From Zestosphaera sp. (GTDB lineage Archaea > Thermoproteota > Thermoprotei_A > Sulfolobales > NBVN01), in NCBI GenBank assembly GCA_038843015.1, contig JAWBSH010000001.1, forward strand, positions 170,766-234,765: 64,000 nucleotides of DNA, written 5' to 3'. Below the pieces are notes generated by a model, which saw only the letters and a list, made by a program, of their open reading frames with translations, was not told where the DNA came from and did not search any database. A program made the position numbers and the translations under genes. Each line of letters begins with the position of its first letter. The stretch's first letter is position 1. Below, piece by piece: positions 26,818 through 37,193 of this stretch.

Positions 26818-28437
26818 ATGAGTGAAGTAGAGAGTATAGAAAAGTTTAGAGCGCTTTCACCCTCTGAATTCTTTTACCGGAATAGAGAGATAGCCGGGTT
26901 TAGTAACCCTGCTAGAGCTCTCTACCAAACAGTTAGAGAGCTGGTTGAGAACGCGTTAGATGCTACAGACACACACCACATACTGCCTGACATTAAAGTC
27001 ATAATTAAGTCTGAAAGCAGTGAAGGCTTGAAAACCTCAACTACTAACGTAGAAGATACTGAGAGTTATGAGGGCATCCTTTTTAGTGTTCAGGTAGAGG
27101 ATAACGGGATAGGATTACCTCCTCAGCATGTTCCTAGAGCTTTTGGTCAGCTACTATACAGCTCTAAATACGTTCTCAGACAATCTCGCGGTATGTTTGG
27201 TCTAGGAGCTAAGATGGCTATTCTCTACGGGCAGATAACTACTGGTAGACCTGCGGAAGTAATCACTTCACAAATACTGTCAAAAAAGATCTACTACTTT
27301 AAAGTCAGTATAGATATAGCGAGTAATACGCCAATCATACATGAATTCTCGATAATGGATAAGAATAGCGAGTGGCACGGAACTGCAGTCAAGATTTACT
27401 TGATAGGTGATTGGCAAAGATCTAAACAGAAAATATATGATTATCTTAAGAGGACCGCCATAATCGCGCCTTACGCGAATATATACTTTGAGGACCCTGA
27501 AGGGAATATAGTGATGTTTAAGAGGTCAACTGAAGAAATGCCTGTTCCGCCGCGTGAGGTCAAGCCACACCCTTACGGAGTAGATATTGAGTTACTTAAG
27601 AGGATGCTTGCTGATACAAGCACTAAGACTCTCCTAGAGTTTCTCGTGAAGGAGTTCCAGAACGTTGGTGAGTTGACGGCTCTTAAGATATTGGAGAGTG
27701 CTAGACTCAAGCCTGATCTCAAGCCATCCGAGCTGACGTTAAATGACGTAACGGAGTTGATGAGAAGTATCAAATCCTCTAAGATTAAGGCTCCTTCAGG
27801 TAAGCACTTGTCTTTCTTAGGTGAGAAGTTGATAGTGCTAGGGTTGAGAGAAACGCTAAAGCCCGAATATGCGGCAGCCATAACTAGGAAAGCTAATGTT
27901 TATGAGGGACACGCATTCATAGTTGAAGCAGGAATAGCTTACGGTGGCAAGATACCGTCGGTTGATAAGCCCTTACTGCTCAGATATGCTAATAAGATAC
28001 CGCTCCTTTACGACGAGTCAGCTGACGTGATGCGTAAGGTAGTAGACACTATAGAGTGGAATAGGTATGGTGTTGTGTTGCCAGCTCAGCTAGCGGTATT
28101 AATCCATGTATGCAGTACTAAAGTTCCCTACAAAGGTGTTGGCAAAGAAGCTGTAGCTGACGTGCCTGAGGTAGAGAAAGAAATAGAGTTGGCTGTTAGG
28201 GAGGTAGCTAGAAAACTCAAGTCTTATCTTGTGCGGAAAGCTAGAGAGTACGAAGAAGCTGAGAAAGCAGTGACTATAGCAAAATATATACCTGATGTTG
28301 CGCGCTCGCTTCACGCACTCTCAGACAGTAAATTCAGGCAGGAAGACATAGAGAGAGAGTTGCTACAATTACTGAATAGGAAGCTAACTATGCTAAAAAT
28401 CAAGTCACTTAAGGACATAGTGGTTGAGGTGAGTTAG
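26818..28437 (+). CDS. top6B: DNA topoisomerase VI subunit B
   Basis: GHKL/Bergerat ATPase motifs ELVENALDA, DNGIGL and GMFGLGAK. It lies adjacent to top6A. Confidence 0.95.
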   Translation: MSEVESIEKFRALSPSEFFYRNREIAGFSNPARALYQTVRELVENALDATDTHHILPDIKVIIKSESSEGLKTSTTNVEDTESYEGILFSVQVEDNGIGLPPQHVPRAFGQLLYSSKYVLRQSRGMFGLGAKMAILYGQITTGRPAEVITSQILSKKIYYFKVSIDIASNTPIIHEFSIMDKNSEWHGTAVKIYLIGDWQRSKQKIYDYLKRTAIIAPYANIYFEDPEGNIVMFKRSTEEMPVPPREVKPHPYGVDIELLKRMLADTSTKTLLEFLVKEFQNVGELTALKILESARLKPDLKPSELTLNDVTELMRSIKSSKIKAPSGKHLSFLGEKLIVLGLRETLKPEYAAAITRKANVYEGHAFIVEAGIAYGGKIPSVDKPLLLRYANKIPLLYDESADVMRKVVDTIEWNRYGVVLPAQLAVLIHVCSTKVPYKGVGKEAVADVPEVEKEIELAVREVARKLKSYLVRKAREYEEAEKAVTIAKYIPDVARSLHALSDSKFRQEDIERELLQLLNRKLTMLKIKSLKDIVVEVS

Positions 28438-28439
28438 TC

Positions 28440-31025
28440 ATGAGCTCCAGTACCCACTTAACGTCTAAGGACTTAAGTGCTAGGAGTAAAGCGCTTGAAG
28501 TCCTTAGAAGCAAGTTTAATGAGGTTATTGAGGAAGTGATGAACGGCAGAACCCCTACTCTAGTCATAAGGAAGAGGACCTTAACTAACACGATATATGA
28601 TGAAGTTAATGGACTCTTGAAATTAGGGGAAGGAGTTCTTAAGAGAAGTTTTCTCAACGTTAATGAATCGAAGAAATTCATGCAGACACTCTTAATGGCT
28701 AGCATAATTTACGAGTCTTTAAAGAATAACGAGTATCCCACTATAAGAGACCTCTACTATAGGGGCAAACACACTATCAAGTATCGCGATCTAGTCACTC
28801 GAAAGATAAAAGAAGAGAACACGTGGGACGAGCAGAAAGAGTCTGACTCTGTGATACGTGATCTAGAAGTATTCATTGATATGCTTAGGGAAGACATGCT
28901 GATACTAAGTAAAGAGAAAGGCAAAGTAGTAGGTAACATGAGAATCCGGTCAGGTGATGACGTAATAGATTTGAGTAAGATGGGTCATGGAGCTTACTCG
29001 ATAGAGCCGACTCCAGACTTAATAGAATTTCTCGACTATGATGTTGAGTACGTACTAGTTATCGAGAAAGACGCTGTCTTTCAGCAATTACATAGGATAG
29101 GATACTGGAAAACAAACAAAGCTTTACTTGTTACTAGCGCAGGACAACCTGATAGAGCAACTAGAAGATTCGTGAAGAGATTAAATGAAGAGCTGAAGCT
29201 CCCAGTATACATACTAACCGATAGTATTCCAGCTGATGAGGTAGTTATAGTAAGAGATTTAGTAGGTGGCGAGGTAAAGATAGGTTCTGTAGAGGAGTTA
29301 ACTAAGGACTACTTCTCTAGCAACTTAGAAAGAGAGAGGACAGAAGCTCCGTTAGAAGTGCTTTCGTGGAATCCCGTAACAGGAAAGATCAACTGGTCAC
29401 CTATCGGCTACATATACAGACACAAGATAAAAGAACCAATATTAAAAATAGTAACTAGTGGTCGTGGGGTAATTAGAGTCACTAAAGCTCACTCTATTTT
29501 CGTGTTTAGAGACTGGAAAATAGAGGCTATTCCGGCTAAAGACATAAGGCCAGGCGATTACATAGTTGCCGCCAAGCACTTACCCCTGCCTGTCAGAGAA
29601 GATAAGCCGCTCATACTCTTAGCAGAGCTGTTAAAGAAGGCTACACAGAAGAACTCTATAAAACTACACAAAGCTTTCAAGCTAATCATAGACGGACGTG
29701 AAATCGCGTTGAGAGAAGCTTCTGACGAGGAGTTACGTAAAGCAGAATTTCTCAAGCTCCCTAAGTTGGGATTTGTCCCTAACAAGATTGAGTTAGACGA
29801 GGATCTAGCGTGGGTTATGGGTGTTTGCACAGCCGAAACCAATAAGCATCTCACCTTCCGTTTCAGTAGTAGAGAATCTGAGAAAGCCGAGAAAATTAGC
29901 GAAGTGTTGAAGAAGAAATTCGGTATTCAGGCAAAAACAGACGTTAATACATTAAAGAAGCGCGTGGAGCTGGCAGTTAACTCTAGAATACTACGTGCAG
30001 TTTTCGAAGAGTTAGGATTGTTGGGAACTACTAAAGAGAAGCATGTTCCAAACATTATAATTAACTCACCAAGAAACATAATCTTAGCTTATCTGAAGGG
30101 CCTCATAGATGGTGGCGGGTACATAGATGAACACGGTGATATAGTCTACTCGACTGAGAACCCTGTATTGGCGCGTCAAGTATTCCTACTGCTTCAGTTC
30201 CTCGGCGTTACTCCGACGCTAACGCAAGATAAGACGAACTACGTTATAACTATTAATAGAGACTCGTGCTGGGCACTGCCTGATGTACGTAAGTACTTGT
30301 TTGGTGTAGAGTTGTCTACTCATGAGTCACTTAATAAACAAGTCTATAAACTGCCCGTGAGTAAGACACTTAAGAAATTAACGGAGTTGCTTGATGGAGG
30401 ATTAGCTACCTACTCGTACGAAAGTAGCTACACGCAAGAAGTAAAGGCCGCTAAACTCTTTAATAAGAACTTGACGGCAATACCTGAAGACCATCAAGCT
30501 CTTCAAGAAAGTGATGCAGTGCTAGTGAGGGTAGAGTCGGTTGAAGAAGAAATGTATGAGGGTTACGTTTACGATTTTGCAGTGCCTGGAGATAACTCGT
30601 TTGTAGGGGGGTTTGGTATTGTGTATCATAATAGTGACCCCTACGGATTCTACATATATAGCGTCTTCAGGGTTGGGTCAATAACTCTATCATATGAGAG
30701 CGAACGCCTAGCTACTCCTAAAGCCAGGTTCTTAGGAGTTATGATGTCCGATGTTTACGGGTCACCCAAGCTAGGTAAGAAACCATACCTATCAGAGAGT
30801 GAGAGAAAGAACTACATAATTAAAGCTAAAGAGATGGATATTAAGAGAGCTAAAGAACTCATGAATTACAAGTGGTTCCAAACACCGCGCTGGAAAGTAG
30901 AGATCGACATATTCTTAGAGAAACTATCAAAACTCGAGATTGAAGCATTAACTAGTAAAGGATTGAAATTCCTAGCTGACACGTATATACCTAATAAAAT
31001 CGAAGTCGGTGACTGGCTTGCTTAA
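28440..31025 (+). CDS. top6A: DNA topoisomerase VI subunit A (Spo11-like) interrupted by an intein
   Basis: 5Y-CAP catalytic region IRDLYYRG and Toprim Glu VIEKDAVF. The Toprim YILTD / SDPYGFYIY is split by a 470-aa insertion. The 861-aa precursor leaves about 391 aa of extein. Confidence 0.93.
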   Translation: MSSSTHLTSKDLSARSKALEVLRSKFNEVIEEVMNGRTPTLVIRKRTLTNTIYDEVNGLLKLGEGVLKRSFLNVNESKKFMQTLLMASIIYESLKNNEYPTIRDLYYRGKHTIKYRDLVTRKIKEENTWDEQKESDSVIRDLEVFIDMLREDMLILSKEKGKVVGNMRIRSGDDVIDLSKMGHGAYSIEPTPDLIEFLDYDVEYVLVIEKDAVFQQLHRIGYWKTNKALLVTSAGQPDRATRRFVKRLNEELKLPVYILTDSIPADEVVIVRDLVGGEVKIGSVEELTKDYFSSNLERERTEAPLEVLSWNPVTGKINWSPIGYIYRHKIKEPILKIVTSGRGVIRVTKAHSIFVFRDWKIEAIPAKDIRPGDYIVAAKHLPLPVREDKPLILLAELLKKATQKNSIKLHKAFKLIIDGREIALREASDEELRKAEFLKLPKLGFVPNKIELDEDLAWVMGVCTAETNKHLTFRFSSRESEKAEKISEVLKKKFGIQAKTDVNTLKKRVELAVNSRILRAVFEELGLLGTTKEKHVPNIIINSPRNIILAYLKGLIDGGGYIDEHGDIVYSTENPVLARQVFLLLQFLGVTPTLTQDKTNYVITINRDSCWALPDVRKYLFGVELSTHESLNKQVYKLPVSKTLKKLTELLDGGLATYSYESSYTQEVKAAKLFNKNLTAIPEDHQALQESDAVLVRVESVEEEMYEGYVYDFAVPGDNSFVGGFGIVYHNSDPYGFYIYSVFRVGSITLSYESERLATPKARFLGVMMSDVYGSPKLGKKPYLSESERKNYIIKAKEMDIKRAKELMNYKWFQTPRWKVEIDIFLEKLSKLEIEALTSKGLKFLADTYIPNKIEVGDWLA
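29223..30632 (+). mobile_element. intein with LAGLIDADG homing-endonuclease domain inside Top6A
   Basis: Residues 262-731. It starts at Ser (SIPADEVV) and has block B TKAH. It has two LAGLIDADG-like motifs (LAWVMGVCTAE and YLKGLIDGGGYI). It has block F/G VYDFAVPGDNSFVGGFGIVYHN followed by Ser+1. Excision restores TD-SDPYG (DxDPxG). Confidence 0.88.
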
Positions 31026-31722
31026 TCTTTCAAAAGAAAGAATCTTAGAAATTCTTAAGTCGTTAAATACTAGAATAGACCAGACAATGCTTAAGTACGA
31101 TAAAGGACTTAAAGACTACATAGACTTCGCCGAGAAATCCGACAAGTTCTCTTTTAGGTCGATAGTAGTACCCTCAGTCTTAGTTAAAGAGATAGCCTCT
31201 ATAGTGAAGACTCCTGTAGCAGGTGTTGTGGGCTTCCCTCACGGCTATCACCCAGTAGAAGCTAAAATTAGGGAGATAGAACATGTTGGGAGAAGTGGTG
31301 GGAAGGAAGTAGATGTAGTAATTGACTTGATTCAAATTAAGTCGGGCAATTACGTTGGAGTCAATAATGAAGTAGAGAAGCTTGTTAAGAGTGCTAGGGA
31401 GATTGGGCTGGGTATCAAGGTAATAGTAGAAACGAGTATCTTATCTGATGACGAGCTAGCAAAAATATGTAAGATACTCTTAGTCCACAAACCAGACTTT
31501 ATAAAAACTAACACGGGTTTTGGACCTAGAGGAGTTAGCGTGAGAGACGTAATGTTGATAAAGAGAATTGTCGGTGACGAGCTCAAGATTAAAGCATCTG
31601 GAGGAGTGAGAAACTCTATTGAGGCACTCAACTTAGTTTTATTTGGTGCTGATGTTATCGGGACTAGTGCTGGGATAGAAATTATTAAAGATAGGGACGA
31701 GATCTTAGCTTCTCTACAATGA
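31009..31722 (+). CDS. deoC: deoxyribose-phosphate aldolase
   Basis: DERA Lys contexts FIKTNTGFG and IKASGGVR. Length is 237 aa. Confidence 0.85.
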   Translation: MTGLLNLSKERILEILKSLNTRIDQTMLKYDKGLKDYIDFAEKSDKFSFRSIVVPSVLVKEIASIVKTPVAGVVGFPHGYHPVEAKIREIEHVGRSGGKEVDVVIDLIQIKSGNYVGVNNEVEKLVKSAREIGLGIKVIVETSILSDDELAKICKILLVHKPDFIKTNTGFGPRGVSVRDVMLIKRIVGDELKIKASGGVRNSIEALNLVLFGADVIGTSAGIEIIKDRDEILASLQ

Positions 31723-31726
31723 GGGC

Positions 31727-32536
31727 TTACACGTACGTGCTAGCGACGTAGCGCGTCAAATCAGTTAAAGTAGCTATTCCTTGTAAGGCTCTTTCAGGAT
31801 CTACTAGCAGAACCGCTCTTATTCTCTTATCAAGCATTAAGGCTGCGGCAGTCCCGAGAGCATCTTCTGTCGCGAGAACAGGCACTACAGGCCTCATGCA
31901 GTCCCTCACAGTTATGTTTTTTAGTGAGCTCTTAGAGCCTGAGTCGCTAACGAACTCCATTAAATCAACTAACGTGTCAACTATCTCATCTAGTGTCACA
32001 ATACCTACTAACTTACCCTCACTGTTTAGGACGGGCAAGGATGAGAACCCTTCTTCAATCATTAATTTTCTGGCTGTAAGTATTGAGTCAGTGTCTCTTA
32101 TAGTTACTACATTGCGTGTCATGATTTGAGAGAGTGGAGTAGGAGACTTAATTAATGCTTTGGCGATGTCCCACTTAGTTAGTAACGCGATGACGATGTC
32201 TTCGTCTTTTACTGGAAGACTACTTATGTTTTTGTCAATCATTATTCTAGCAGCCTTAGATAGGGGCATGTCTCTCTTTACAGTTATTAAAGGATAACTC
32301 ATTACTGAAGAGACGTGGAGTACTGACACAGGGTATCTCTTAGTCTTACTCATAGCGACTTTAGTTATTATGTCTTTCTTAGTCACTATACCTTCAGGGA
32401 CTTCATCACGGTAAATGACTGCTCTGTCAGTACTTTTCTTGCGCATTTCTTTAACTAAGCTTATCAGAGATTCGTTCTTGCTTACTTTAAGGAAGTCTTT
32501 AGAAGCGACCTCACTAACTAGAATGAGAGAATCCAT
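31727..32536 (-). CDS. CBS-domain-only protein (4 CBS motifs)
   Basis: Repeated CBS signatures (for example V..IVT..D.. repeats and GIVTLDEIVDTL). It is the last gene of a four-gene CBS array. Confidence 0.8.
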   Translation of the reverse strand: MDSLILVSEVASKDFLKVSKNESLISLVKEMRKKSTDRAVIYRDEVPEGIVTKKDIITKVAMSKTKRYPVSVLHVSSVMSYPLITVKRDMPLSKAARIMIDKNISSLPVKDEDIVIALLTKWDIAKALIKSPTPLSQIMTRNVVTIRDTDSILTARKLMIEEGFSSLPVLNSEGKLVGIVTLDEIVDTLVDLMEFVSDSGSKSSLKNITVRDCMRPVVPVLATEDALGTAAALMLDKRIRAVLLVDPERALQGIATLTDLTRYVASTYV

Positions 32537-32538
32537 GT

Positions 32539-33393
32539 TTACACCTGCCGTAAAGCGTTTAGTATGTCTTGCTTGCTCAATAAACCCACTAAGTTGCCCT
32601 CATCATCAACTACCGGTAAAGTACCTATCCTGTTTTTAGTCATTACGTCAGCAGCTATTGCCAGGTCTTCCGTAGGCTTAACCGTGATAGGGTTAGGAGT
32701 CATCACGTCACCAGCTATAGGGAGTGAGTATATGCGCACAACGCTCTCAAACCCCCGGCCACTAATGCCTCGTTTCTTGACGAACTTAACTCTACTAACG
32801 CTTAGTAGCCCCTCAATATTTAAGAACATCACATCAGACTTAGTTATTACACCAATAGGCTTCCCCTTATCTACCACAACTACTTTGCCGACACCGCTCT
32901 CACTCATTAAATCTATGACGTAGAATATGGAGTGAGATAATGAGGCTGTCGGCGGATTTCTATTCATGAAATCTCCTACTTTATATATCCCATGATATTT
33001 TTCAGCGTATGCCCTCACGAGATCAGCCTTAGTTACTATGCCTATTAGCTTCTGGTCCTTATCTAGAACTAAGAGAGAGCCTATGTTTCTTTTAACCATG
33101 ATCTGCGCTACTGCCTTAATAGTCCTATTATCTCTAACTGCTAAGACAGGCGTCGTAGCGATTTCATAAGCAAATAACATTTCAAGAGGTTTTATGTATT
33201 TCTTGCGGTTGTAAAGAATCCTCACAAAGTCGCTTTTACTTATTATTCCGTATATGGTCTCTCCATCTTCTTCCGTTATGACTACTTTACCTATCTTATG
33301 TCTAATCATCAGGTTCCTAATGTGAGCTAGATTATCATTCTTTTTAGCCGTTATTACTGGAGTACTCATATACGACGTTACTCTAGGAGGCAC
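32539..33393 (-). CDS. CBS-domain-only protein (4 CBS motifs)
   Basis: CBS repeats (GIISKSDFVRIL, GIVTKADLVRAY, GVITKSDVMFL, GLLSKQDILNAL). Confidence 0.8.
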   Translation of the reverse strand: MPPRVTSYMSTPVITAKKNDNLAHIRNLMIRHKIGKVVITEEDGETIYGIISKSDFVRILYNRKKYIKPLEMLFAYEIATTPVLAVRDNRTIKAVAQIMVKRNIGSLLVLDKDQKLIGIVTKADLVRAYAEKYHGIYKVGDFMNRNPPTASLSHSIFYVIDLMSESGVGKVVVVDKGKPIGVITKSDVMFLNIEGLLSVSRVKFVKKRGISGRGFESVVRIYSLPIAGDVMTPNPITVKPTEDLAIAADVMTKNRIGTLPVVDDEGNLVGLLSKQDILNALRQV

Positions 33394-34332
33394 CTAACTC
33401 ACCACCAACCCATAAATAACATCTCTTTCAGTTATTATACCTACTACAACACCCCCTTCTACTACTAGGAGTGATGAGGTGGCTGTTCTCGATATTATAG
33501 AAGCAACCTCACCTAAGTCTGTATAAGGGCTCACTACATCAACACTCGTACTCATCACGTCAGAAACTCTTAAGGACTTAAATTCTCTTAATAAGCCGTA
33601 CCTAAGTATCTCGTAGATTTTGTGCGTACCTATTAAGTCTATAATGTCTTTCCAAGTCAACATACCCTTAAGCTTGTCGTCGTCTATGACAGGCAATCTC
33701 CTAACCCCTAATGATACCATCATCCACATAGCCTCCTCTAAGGACGTGCTAGAATTAGTTGAGAGAACTTCTCTGGTCATGACCTTATGAACTGGTATTC
33801 CTACATACTTGACGGAGAGGTACTTCATTATCTCAAGCTCTGTCAGTACTCCTACGTAGGAACCGTCTTCTTTAGTTACGGGTACTGCACCCAGTCCGTA
33901 GTTAACCATCAACTCGAGCACTTTATAGAGAGGTGTGTTAACATCAACGTAAACCGGCTTCTCGTTCATTATCCTCCCCACACTCAAGTTAAGGACCTCA
34001 TGTATTGTTTCAAAACCCGAGACGCTCACCAAGCCGTGTTTAGACCCGCCCCCGAGATAGTCTATCATATCCATAGCCGTGACAACGCCGACTACGTTCC
34101 CCTTACCTGAGATAACAGCTATTAAGCGCGTGTTGTGAGAGCTCATCAGCTCGCAAGCCCTGAGAACTGTGGCTAGCGTGTTGATTGGTGGCACATCTCT
34201 CCTCATCAAAGGACTTAACTCAGGCTCTCTAGAGAATAGCCTGTCTTTGAAGTTTGGCCTACCATCACTTCTTAACCACCTGTTCTTCTCACGTAACCTG
34301 CGAGGCGTGTACGCTTTAATCAGGTTTATCAC
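33394..34332 (-). CDS. CBS-domain-only protein (4 CBS motifs)
   Basis: CBS repeats (GVVTAMDMIDYL, GVLTELEIMKYL, GMLTWKDIIDLI, GIITERDVIYGL). Confidence 0.8.
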   Translation of the reverse strand: MINLIKAYTPRRLREKNRWLRSDGRPNFKDRLFSREPELSPLMRRDVPPINTLATVLRACELMSSHNTRLIAVISGKGNVVGVVTAMDMIDYLGGGSKHGLVSVSGFETIHEVLNLSVGRIMNEKPVYVDVNTPLYKVLELMVNYGLGAVPVTKEDGSYVGVLTELEIMKYLSVKYVGIPVHKVMTREVLSTNSSTSLEEAMWMMVSLGVRRLPVIDDDKLKGMLTWKDIIDLIGTHKIYEILRYGLLREFKSLRVSDVMSTSVDVVSPYTDLGEVASIISRTATSSLLVVEGGVVVGIITERDVIYGLVVS

Positions 34333-35122
34333 CTCCTAAATAACACTTACATAAGTCACTCCTATCTACTATGCCTACTAGAGAATTAGAGTCGTTAACT
34401 ATAGGTATTCTGCCGAAGTCATTTCTAACCATTAAGTTGAGAGCGTCACGAACCCTGTTATATGGCTTTAGGGTTATTGCGGGGGTAGTCATAGCTTCCT
34501 TAACGCGAGGACCTAGTCTAGGCCCTGACTCAGACTCTAGCTCTATCCTAGTATAGCCCTTCCTAAGTAAGTCGTGCTGTGTTATTATACCAACCACTAC
34601 TAAGTCTTTCTCTCTAACTACTGGGAAGCCAGCATACTTAAAAGTTATCATTTTTCTCCAGACTCTGCTAACGTAGTCTTCTGGGACGACATACTCAACT
34701 TTGGTAGTCATGATTTCGGAAATCTGCTTTTCATGTACTTTAATGTCCCTCACCAGCATCGCGCGTAAGAAGGAATCAATCGATAAAACCCCTAAATACT
34801 TCCCAGTATTCTCATTGATTACGGGCACGTACCACTCGTCGAACTCGAGCATAATCTTAAAAGCTTTAAGCGCGTCTTCCCCGGTCTTAAAGACGAGAAG
34901 AGGGTTCTCCATAACTTGCGAGACCGCTATATCAGACTTAGTAGAAGATATGCTTAGTACATGCTCCCTACGCAGAATGCCTTCAAGAAAGTCACCCTCC
35001 TTAACTACTGGGAGTAGCCTGAGGCTTAAGTCACGCATAATTGCTCTAGCTCGCGTGAGCGGAGTCTCAGAAGATATTTTAGGATAATTAAATTGAGCAA
35101 ATGATCTAACTTTCAAACTCAC
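34316..35122 (-). CDS. CBS-domain-only protein (4 CBS motifs)
   Basis: CBS repeats (GILRREHVLSI, GVLSIDSFLRAM, GIITQHDLLRKG, GIVDRSDLCKCY). It is the first gene of the array and overlaps the next gene by 17 nt. Confidence 0.8.
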   Translation of the reverse strand: MSLKVRSFAQFNYPKISSETPLTRARAIMRDLSLRLLPVVKEGDFLEGILRREHVLSISSTKSDIAVSQVMENPLLVFKTGEDALKAFKIMLEFDEWYVPVINENTGKYLGVLSIDSFLRAMLVRDIKVHEKQISEIMTTKVEYVVPEDYVSRVWRKMITFKYAGFPVVREKDLVVVGIITQHDLLRKGYTRIELESESGPRLGPRVKEAMTTPAITLKPYNRVRDALNLMVRNDFGRIPIVNDSNSLVGIVDRSDLCKCYLGGDKPD

Positions 35123-35218
35123 ACCAAGTAAGTATATGTATCACAGAGTAATATATCTTCATACTGAAAATTCTTAATACTTTGTTAATGCATTAAACAA
35201 AACATATCAACTCGGCCT

Positions 35219-37165
35219 TTAATTTACCACAATTTTTTCAGTGATAGTTGAGGAGCCCGGTATATACCTAGTTATATCGTCTACTCTGAGGTCTCTCACT
35301 AAGTATTTGGTTCCCCGTAATAACTCAATAAATTCTTTTGCTATGATTTCTGGCTTGGTCTCGCCAGGCTCTAAAGTTATTAATGCTTGACATCTACTCT
35401 TTAAGAGTTCGGGAGGTCCAGAAACTAGTTCGTAATACTTGTCGTCACGGATTTGGATACCTAATGAGATTTTCAGCTTGACGTTTTTGATGTAGTTTTT
35501 CTTGCCGTATATCATGAAAGAGCCTTTAGGTAAGTACTGACCTGCTGGCGCGGCTGTACTTACTTGCGAACCATATACCCAGAAAACATCTATTGTCTGT
35601 AACTTCTCTCTCCAAGCTTTGCTGTAGGAAGCTGCTAAAACGGCTACGTCACTTAAGTCTTCCTCAGGCACTTCACGACCTTCAGTAAACACTAGAAATA
35701 CTGGAGCTCCGTGCAAGTCTGCGTGCATGAATATGTCTTTATCTTTCATGAATTTCCGAACAATTTTCTCGTTTTGCCCTGCGTCTCTCCCGCCTATAGC
35801 GAGGAAGCCGTTTCTCGTAACTACCCAGTGATACGCGTGATACCACTGGAAAGATCTCGACACAGGAATTCTCTCTGACTTCTTTTTAATTATAGAGTCT
35901 ATCACGCGCAATCTTTCTTCGAGACTCTTAAGAACTTCCTCAGTCCTTCTGATCTTGTCTTCTAAATTCCTCAACTTCTTTACTAAATCGAAATATTGTG
36001 ACTTGAAATCTTTGAGTATACTAAAAACAAGTGTCTTTTCATGAAGGACTACTTCGTAAGTCCCGGAGGCTTTATCATATCTCGTGACGCCACATGAGGT
36101 TACTGATTCCCACCCACTCTTCTTGACCTTACTCAACACACAAGCCCAAATACTCTCTAGGAAATCATAGTTTTCCTGAATCAACTTAATAAACTCAGCC
36201 AGATCTTCCCGAGTTTTAAGCATCTTATCATAATCTTCTCTGACCTTACTCAACATGACGCTAGTCTTGTCTCTCTCTTCAATTTCTTCAACAGACTCAG
36301 CAACCCCACTCTTGAGAGATTGAAAGAACTCGTCTACAGCCTCGTTAAAAAACCTGAAAGAAGTTGTTTTACATGAGCTCTCAAGTCTCCTAGGCTGGAA
36401 CGGGTGAAACGAAACATAATGGTCGTCACACACGACTATAACGGGCTCAGGCTTCCCCACGACTTTCTCTATGAAAGCTTTGATTAAGTCGTGGACACTC
36501 GTTAATTCTTCATCGCTTAACATAGAAGGGGGAGTCTTCCTAAGCGATTCGTCTAGAACTTCGTTAATGATTTCCGGAGGTACTCCAAAGACCTTGACCA
36601 GAGCCCTTCCTACTTCTCTCTCCACACGTAATAATCTAAGAAACTCTTCTCTACTAACTCTTCTTATATCTGGGAAAACTGGGGGGAAAACGTAGGGGAC
36701 TCCCGGCCTGACGCTCCTGTCTTTAGTATCAAGATCTTTAGTACTAACTAGAACTCTACCTTCGGAATTGACTACAGCTATTATGCCACGTGGTAGTAAC
36801 TCAGCTATTAATTTCAGACTCTCACGCCCTCTAACCTCGAATATTATTATCCTCTCAAACATGTGTTGAGCAATACCTGAAATAATTCCCTCTCTTAAGT
36901 AACGCCTGAAAAGCGGTACCCTACCAGCTGATTCGCCTACGCCAGGATGCGTAGTTAGAGATACTCTAGCACCCCCCTCAATAATGAGGTGTGCATGTTT
37001 CCCTTCACTGAGAACTAACTTAAGAAGTAAGGAATTATCACCTACTCGAAAAACATTATCTATTCTAGAATTAACTATCAACTCACTTAACTCCTTAACT
37101 ATTACTGCGACATCAAGAGAACTTAAGGACTTCTTAACCTTCACGTGTTCTGAGCTCATTCTCAA
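35219..37165 (-). CDS. NFACT-family protein (archaeal Rqc2/NEMF/FbpA homologue, ribosome quality control)
   Basis: 648 aa with an NFACT-N-like N-terminus, a central coiled coil and the DUF814/NFACT-R motif IFMHADLHGAPVFLV. Confidence 0.8.
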   Translation of the reverse strand: MRMSSEHVKVKKSLSSLDVAVIVKELSELIVNSRIDNVFRVGDNSLLLKLVLSEGKHAHLIIEGGARVSLTTHPGVGESAGRVPLFRRYLREGIISGIAQHMFERIIIFEVRGRESLKLIAELLPRGIIAVVNSEGRVLVSTKDLDTKDRSVRPGVPYVFPPVFPDIRRVSREEFLRLLRVEREVGRALVKVFGVPPEIINEVLDESLRKTPPSMLSDEELTSVHDLIKAFIEKVVGKPEPVIVVCDDHYVSFHPFQPRRLESSCKTTSFRFFNEAVDEFFQSLKSGVAESVEEIEERDKTSVMLSKVREDYDKMLKTREDLAEFIKLIQENYDFLESIWACVLSKVKKSGWESVTSCGVTRYDKASGTYEVVLHEKTLVFSILKDFKSQYFDLVKKLRNLEDKIRRTEEVLKSLEERLRVIDSIIKKKSERIPVSRSFQWYHAYHWVVTRNGFLAIGGRDAGQNEKIVRKFMKDKDIFMHADLHGAPVFLVFTEGREVPEEDLSDVAVLAASYSKAWREKLQTIDVFWVYGSQVSTAAPAGQYLPKGSFMIYGKKNYIKNVKLKISLGIQIRDDKYYELVSGPPELLKSRCQALITLEPGETKPEIIAKEFIELLRGTKYLVRDLRVDDITRYIPGSSTITEKIVVN

Positions 37166-37193
37166 AACACCTTAACTATTCTAAAGCAATTAG

